Positions 8,669 to 12,499 of a stretch of 12,499 nucleotides of DNA are shown here, piece by piece. Made by a program: the position numbers and the translations under genes. The stretch lies in UHGV virus genome UHGV-0112872; one strand, 5' to 3'. How positions within the stretch are numbered: the first letter of the stretch is position 1; each line of letters begins with the position of its first letter. This DNA is from a virus. Below the pieces are notes generated by a model. The model was not told the origin of the DNA. It worked only from the letters and a program-made list of their open reading frames with translations, and searched no databases.

Positions 8669-9562
8669 ATGGCGGATAAGACTCAATCAGTAAGTATTGT
8701 GTATCAAGGCAAAGCTCTCGACGATCATAAGATGGATATTCTTTCGTTTGCGAAAAGTTTGCAGGGGCTAGGTGAGGCTATCTACTCTGCAAATGAGATT
8801 GTAAACGGAGGGCGAGACATTGAAGTTAACGTTGACGCTGAATTGATAGCCGGTTCCTTTGGGTTTGATATTGAGGTTGTACAACATCTAGCTAATGCTA
8901 AAGATGTTGTACAAATTTTAGGTTTGTCAGCCATTCCTTTAGCCGTTGGCGGTGCTACAGTTTTAGAGGTTCTCAAGAAGCTTAACGGGCGTAAGATCGA
9001 CATAGTCGAGAAAGCTAACGGTAGTGACAAAGTTAAGCTGAAAGTCGATGGTGAAGAGATTGTTTGCTCTGAAGATGTCGAAAAAATCGTTAATGCCCCA
9101 GAGATTCGTAAGGCTGTTGACGCGTTTGTCAGACAGCCTCTGTTACAAGATGGTATCGACAATTTTGTGGTAAAAAAATCGCGCACCTCTAAGAAAGAAA
9201 TCCTCAAAATTCATAAAGATGAGGCAGAAGAGTTTAAGTCGCCAAAAGTTCTCTTTGAAACCAAAGAAGAAGTTGACGAATTTGAAACAACCGTGACATT
9301 CGTTTCGGCGCATACTGACAAAAAAAGTGGCTGGCGTGTTGAGTTTGGCGGTGAAAAGCGCAATGTCAGAATGGAAGATAATGAGTTCATCAAGCTTGTT
9401 ACTGGACCAGACGCCCCCAAAATTTTTGGCGAATTGTTTGCTGTGAAGATGAAGAAAATTGTGAAAGATTCCGGTGGCCAGGTAGACGAAAAGTTATCGA
9501 TCATCAAAGTGGGTCGACACTTTGCCGCCAAAGATAGAAAAATAAAACCTGATGCGGATTAA
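8669..9562 (+). CDS. Cargo module 1, gene 1: uncharacterised 297-aa Lys/Glu/Asp-rich protein with one internal hydrophobic segment
   Basis: Long ORF (ATG 8669; alternative in-frame TTG 8648) in an AT-richer block. Hydrophobic stretch ILGLSAIPLAVGGATVLEVL around residues 85-105, then a long highly charged region. No catalytic motif recognised. Confidence 0.6.
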   Translation: MADKTQSVSIVYQGKALDDHKMDILSFAKSLQGLGEAIYSANEIVNGGRDIEVNVDAELIAGSFGFDIEVVQHLANAKDVVQILGLSAIPLAVGGATVLEVLKKLNGRKIDIVEKANGSDKVKLKVDGEEIVCSEDVEKIVNAPEIRKAVDAFVRQPLLQDGIDNFVVKKSRTSKKEILKIHKDEAEEFKSPKVLFETKEEVDEFETTVTFVSAHTDKKSGWRVEFGGEKRNVRMEDNEFIKLVTGPDAPKIFGELFAVKMKKIVKDSGGQVDEKLSIIKVGRHFAAKDRKIKPDAD

Positions 9563-9564
9563 AA

Positions 9565-9828
9565 ATGTCTATAGATATTAGTGTGTTAGGATGGTTGGGG
9601 CTGCTTGTTGCAGCTCCAGCTATATTTATAGGTGCTAGAGTGGCTATACGTAGCCTGCTCGATCGAGTTATTGTCGAAACAAAAGTTTCTATCACTTATA
9701 CTGATGCAAACAAAAATGTCTATAAAACAAATATTTATATAAACAATGATGATGAGTTAATAAAGCTCATCGATGATATAGCAGAGAAAAATAAGCGTGA
9801 GAGGAAGGAGTCAGCCTCTCATGCCTGA
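9565..9828 (+). CDS. Cargo module 1, gene 2: small single-pass membrane protein (87 aa)
   Basis: ATG 2 nt after the upstream stop (tight coupling); N-terminal hydrophobic helix GWLGLLVAAPAIFIGARVAI followed by a charged soluble tail. Confidence 0.55.
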   Translation: MSIDISVLGWLGLLVAAPAIFIGARVAIRSLLDRVIVETKVSITYTDANKNVYKTNIYINNDDELIKLIDDIAEKNKRERKESASHA

Positions 9829-10237
9829 ACAAAAGAAAACAAGCGGTAAAGCAGTCGGTGTTACAGGTGGCGGCGGTGTAGGCCTTTTCCTAATAAAGCT
9901 GGCTAGCTTCATTACAGATCCAACATGGAAAGACCTTTACATTGCTTCAATACCGATGGTGTCAATTCTTTTAAGCGAAGTTTTTACTTTTGCATGGACG
10001 ATTTATGCTGTTGATCCGCAAGAAATCAAACTGAAAAGGCGGTTGAAGGCTCTGAAGAAGCAAGCCGAAGCAGTTTTAAATGCACCATCGTCCCCTGTTT
10101 CTCCAGAAATGCGAGAGAAAGCGCAGGCTCGTTACGACGTGATCTGTGGAATTGAAATGGGAATTTACCCCCTCTCAATTGTAAATACGCTAGATGGAAA
10201 AGTATCCCCCACAGCGCAAACGCCGGACGTTAAATAG
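9821..10237 (+). CDS. Cargo module 1, gene 3: small two-helix membrane protein (138 aa)
   Basis: ATG 9821 preceded by GGAAGGAG and overlapping the upstream gene by 8 nt. Two hydrophobic segments (GVGLFLIKLASFI; IASIPMVSILLSEVFTFAWTIYAV) followed by a Lys-rich helical tail. Confidence 0.55.
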   Translation: MPEQKKTSGKAVGVTGGGGVGLFLIKLASFITDPTWKDLYIASIPMVSILLSEVFTFAWTIYAVDPQEIKLKRRLKALKKQAEAVLNAPSSPVSPEMREKAQARYDVICGIEMGIYPLSIVNTLDGKVSPTAQTPDVK

Positions 10238-10300
10238 CAGTTTCTACTTTGCATGACTATGCTGCATGAAATCGCATGATCGTTTGAGGATCGTTTTTGC

Positions 10301-10328
10301 AAAAGCCCGCCAGAACTGGCGGGCTTTT
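10301..10328 (+). terminator. Rho-independent terminator closing the right-arm operon
   Basis: GC-rich inverted repeat GCCCGCC (10305-10311) / GGCGGGC (10318-10324) followed by TTTT (10325-10328) and preceded by AAAA. Confidence 0.7.
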
Positions 10329-10373
10329 GCGTAGAGCATGCATCTGCATGAAAACCACTACATAAAGCGGGCA

Positions 10374-10392
10374 GGCGTGGCGGGGATACGAG
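10374..10392. other. Candidate cos site (cohesive-end motif of P2/186-type phages)
   Basis: GGCGTGGCGGGGATACGAG followed by GCGCGCGCT. The first 13 nt match the 186 cohesive end as I recall it (GGCGTGGCGGGGAAAGCAT; P2 is GGCGAGGCGGGGAAAGCAC), and the flanking GCGCGCT resembles the sequence next to the P2 left end. These reference sequences are from memory. Confidence 0.6.
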
Positions 10393-10522
10393 CGCGCGCT
10401 AACTCTTGGCTTTGTTTCATAATCAAAAATGTGATCATTGAGATTATTCTTAAATTTGTGTTTGTCTATGAAATATCATTTCGCTTAACATTGTTTGAGT
10501 TAGGACTACATGAGAATAAAGA

Positions 10523-11098
10523 ATGCTTTTACCCGTAAGTATTACATCGTGTGGCTTGTATCACCCCTACTGGCATTTGGGAGAGCGCAACCCTCATAGC
10601 GATGAACTATCAAGGCAGATGATGGATTTTAAGGATGAAAATAATCGTAATCATCAAAGGGCCATTAACCGTTTTTCTCGATTAGCTATAGATAAGGTTG
10701 GGCGGTTAGTAATCAGAGGTGGCGGTGGGCGTTTTGTTGAGTCTCCTTTTTCGATAGCAGTTGTCCCGTCTCACACTGAAGGCAGAATTTCACCGGCTTT
10801 GATTGAGGTCGCCGAGCGAATCGTAAATGTTCACCGTCGGGGCATTGTTGATTGCTGTTTGGAAAGAACACGCACTGTTCCTAGCGCACATCGTGAAGGT
10901 GGAGATCGCTCAATTACTGGTCACATGTCTAGTATCAGAGTTAGGGGTGGTAACCTCATGGGGCGAAATGTGTTACTACTAGATGATGTTAAAACAACAG
11001 GCGGTAGTTTGTCTGCGTGTTTTTATTTACTGGAGTCTGCAGGAGCTGGAGTTATAATGCCATTAGCTCTGCTAGAAACTGCAAACTATGAGGAGTAG
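10523..11098 (+). CDS. Cargo module 2, gene 1: phosphoribosyltransferase (PRTase, type I) domain protein
   Basis: PRPP-binding signature VLLLDDVKTTGGSL near the C-terminus, the classic type I PRTase motif also seen in ComF-like proteins. Start uncertain: ATG 10523 has a weak RBS; in-frame ATGs at 10619/10622 are alternatives. Confidence 0.7.
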   Translation: MLLPVSITSCGLYHPYWHLGERNPHSDELSRQMMDFKDENNRNHQRAINRFSRLAIDKVGRLVIRGGGGRFVESPFSIAVVPSHTEGRISPALIEVAERIVNVHRRGIVDCCLERTRTVPSAHREGGDRSITGHMSSIRVRGGNLMGRNVLLLDDVKTTGGSLSACFYLLESAGAGVIMPLALLETANYEE

Positions 11099-12062
11099 CA
11101 AAGTGCACTCAGAAGAATTAAAAAATACACTTGGATTAGCTATTCAAATCGGGAAGCTAGCATCTGATCAAAGTGTATTAAAATTCTTTGAGCTTATCGA
11201 TTTTGATGTTATTCGTGATATACGCGACTTAACTGAGATGGTTAATAGCCACGGGTTTCTAAAAGATAAAATATCTGAGACTGATTTTCTAATAGCGAAC
11301 GCTGAATTGGAGAACCACCATGTTAATGGTGTGGAGCTAATACCATATGGGTCTGAATTCTATCCTCTTAGTTTAGCTTTTACTCCTAATCCACCATCAA
11401 TTCTCTACATAAAAGGGGATAAAAGTATACTCAAAGAATTGCCGGGTGTCGCAATTGTAGGATCCCGTGATACCTCCCCTGCAGGGGAAGAAATAACGAG
11501 GCGGATCACTAATCAGATAGTGTCTGCTGGGTATATTGTTGTAAGTGGGTTAGCAATAGGCACTGATGCGAATGCTCACAAGGCAACGTTACAGGCAAAA
11601 GGAAAAACCATTGCTGTCTTGGCGCATGGTCTTGAGGAGGCTAAGCCGAAGCAAAACAGTCGACTTGCTCAAGAGATTCTGGATAAAGGTGGTGCATGGA
11701 TTTCTGAGTATCCTATGGGTCGGCCGGCCCAGAAACAATCATTTGTACAAAGAAATCGGATACAAGTTGGATTATCTGCAGGTTCAATTTTAATCGAGGC
11801 TGCGTTAAATAGCGGAACGATAACTCAAGCTGAGTTTGCAAATAAGGCGAAAAGACCAGTGTTTGCGGTTGTACCTCACCTACCTAATAATCCGCTTAAT
11901 CTTAATTGTGAGGGAACAGTTGATTTAGTTAAGAGCAACATGGCTAGAGCGCTAAAAACAAAACGGGATTATGATGATGTGATTATGATCATAAATGAGT
12001 CCCGGGAGTATTTGTTAGAGCTAAAATGGCCAGGGAAACAGAGTACATTAGACTTGATTTAA
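11088..12062 (+). CDS. Cargo module 2, gene 2: DprA/Smf-like (SLOG / Rossmann-fold DNA-processing-A domain) protein
   Basis: Segments GVAIVGSRDTSPAGEE, VVSGLAIGTDANAHKATL, KTIAVLAHGLEE, SEYPMGRPAQKQSFVQRNRIQVGLS and RPVFAVVPHLP follow the conserved order of DprA/Smf cores. Overlaps the PRTase gene end; an in-frame GTG at 11103 with AGGAG 7 nt upstream is a plausible alternative start. Confidence 0.8.
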   Translation: MRSSKVHSEELKNTLGLAIQIGKLASDQSVLKFFELIDFDVIRDIRDLTEMVNSHGFLKDKISETDFLIANAELENHHVNGVELIPYGSEFYPLSLAFTPNPPSILYIKGDKSILKELPGVAIVGSRDTSPAGEEITRRITNQIVSAGYIVVSGLAIGTDANAHKATLQAKGKTIAVLAHGLEEAKPKQNSRLAQEILDKGGAWISEYPMGRPAQKQSFVQRNRIQVGLSAGSILIEAALNSGTITQAEFANKAKRPVFAVVPHLPNNPLNLNCEGTVDLVKSNMARALKTKRDYDDVIMIINESREYLLELKWPGKQSTLDLI

Positions 12063-12085
12063 AGCGCCTCTTTTAGAGGCACTTT
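12061..12085. terminator. Hairpin between convergent genes, possible bidirectional terminator
   Basis: Stem GCCTC (12066-12070) / GAGGC (12076-12080) with TTTTA loop, extendable with one mismatch, followed by T-rich sequence. Sits in the 24-bp gap between the DprA-like stop and the convergent portal-like stop. Confidence 0.4.
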
Positions 12086-12086
12086 G

Positions 12087-12499
12087 CTAAATTTGATATC
12101 TCTCGAATTTTATAATTTCTTCACCGCTCCAATGATTAAATTCTTTCATTCTTTTTTGTAATGGTAATAATTCATTTTTCACAAATACCTTACTAGCTTT
12201 TTCTACATCCCCAAATCCCCCAACATTATTAGGCATTATCCCCATCATTTGTGGCGGCACACGATGCGCTGCCATCATGTCATCCCGACTCACGTTCTTG
12301 ATGTTAAGAAATTCATCCTTCGCCGCGACTTCTGACAACGGGATGATCTGAAGCCCGTCCTTTTTGCCGTTAGGCGAGTACATAAACAGGTTGCGGAAGT
12401 TGCCAGGGCCTTTGGCGCTTTTCATCGCATTGCGGAGGTTGTTCACATCCTCCTGGTTCTGCGCGGCATCGGTCATGTACATGATGAAGCCTGCATGAC
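12087..12499 (-). CDS. Portal-like protein (P2 gpQ position), C-terminal part; gene continues beyond the window
   Basis: Minus-strand ORF open to the window edge (...PPQMMGIMPNNVGGFGDVEKASKVFVKNELLPLQKRMKEFNHWSGEEIIKFERYQI). Leftward orientation next to cos matches the Q/portal position in P2/186; family assignment is by position and general resemblance only. Confidence 0.55.
   Translation of the reverse strand, partial: HAGFIMYMTDAAQNQEDVNNLRNAMKSAKGPGNFRNLFMYSPNGKKDGLQIIPLSEVAAKDEFLNIKNVSRDDMMAAHRVPPQMMGIMPNNVGGFGDVEKASKVFVKNELLPLQKRMKEFNHWSGEEIIKFERYQI

Noticed and set aside
8782-9695. Minus-strand ORFs 8782-9207, 9211-9531, 9504-9695 antisense to cargo gene 1
   Set aside because: Translations are Ser/Thr-rich low-complexity sequence, the signature of reading a Lys/Glu-rich gene on the opposite strand; no RBS.
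10338-10538. 66-aa ORF across the terminator-cos intergenic region
   Set aside because: It spans the cos-like motif and AT-rich leader, has no RBS and low-complexity Ile/Phe-rich translation; more likely non-coding packaging and promoter DNA.
12063-12086. Expected location of cos immediately beside the portal gene, as in P2
   Set aside because: Only 24 bp separate the convergent stops and no GGCG(A/T)GGCGGGG-like motif is present there; the motif is at 10374-10392 instead.
1-12499. CRISPR arrays, rRNA or tRNA genes
   Set aside because: No regularly spaced direct repeats were seen, and no cloverleaf-like segment was recognised by eye near the int 3' end; a tRNA scan would be needed to exclude a tRNA remnant at the attachment site.

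Overview
This window looks like the early/left arm of a P2/186-family (186-like) temperate phage integrated in an enterobacterial genome. Read left to right: a flanking small gene, then a leftward tyrosine integrase and CI-like repressor separated by an AT-rich insert carrying a small signal-peptide protein; a switch region; rightward Apl/Cox-like, CII-like and several small early genes; a TraR/DksA zinc-finger protein, a Dam-like adenine methyltransferase and the large rolling-circle replication protein A, all translationally coupled. Downstream is a LexA-box-controlled SOS operon (Tum-position small protein plus a DinI-like protein). Two AT-rich cargo modules follow: (1) a three-gene operon encoding a charged 297-aa protein and two small membrane proteins, and (2) a phosphoribosyltransferase plus DprA/Smf-like (SLOG) gene pair. 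Between them lie a strong terminator and a sequence matching the P2/186 cohesive-end (cos) motif. The window ends in the 3' part of a convergent portal-like gene. The two cargo modules sit in the position where P2 carries tin/old and are the best candidates for an antiphage or abortive-infection system; the three-gene module is the one I cannot match to anything I know. All family assignments are from motif recognition and recalled gene order, not from database searches.
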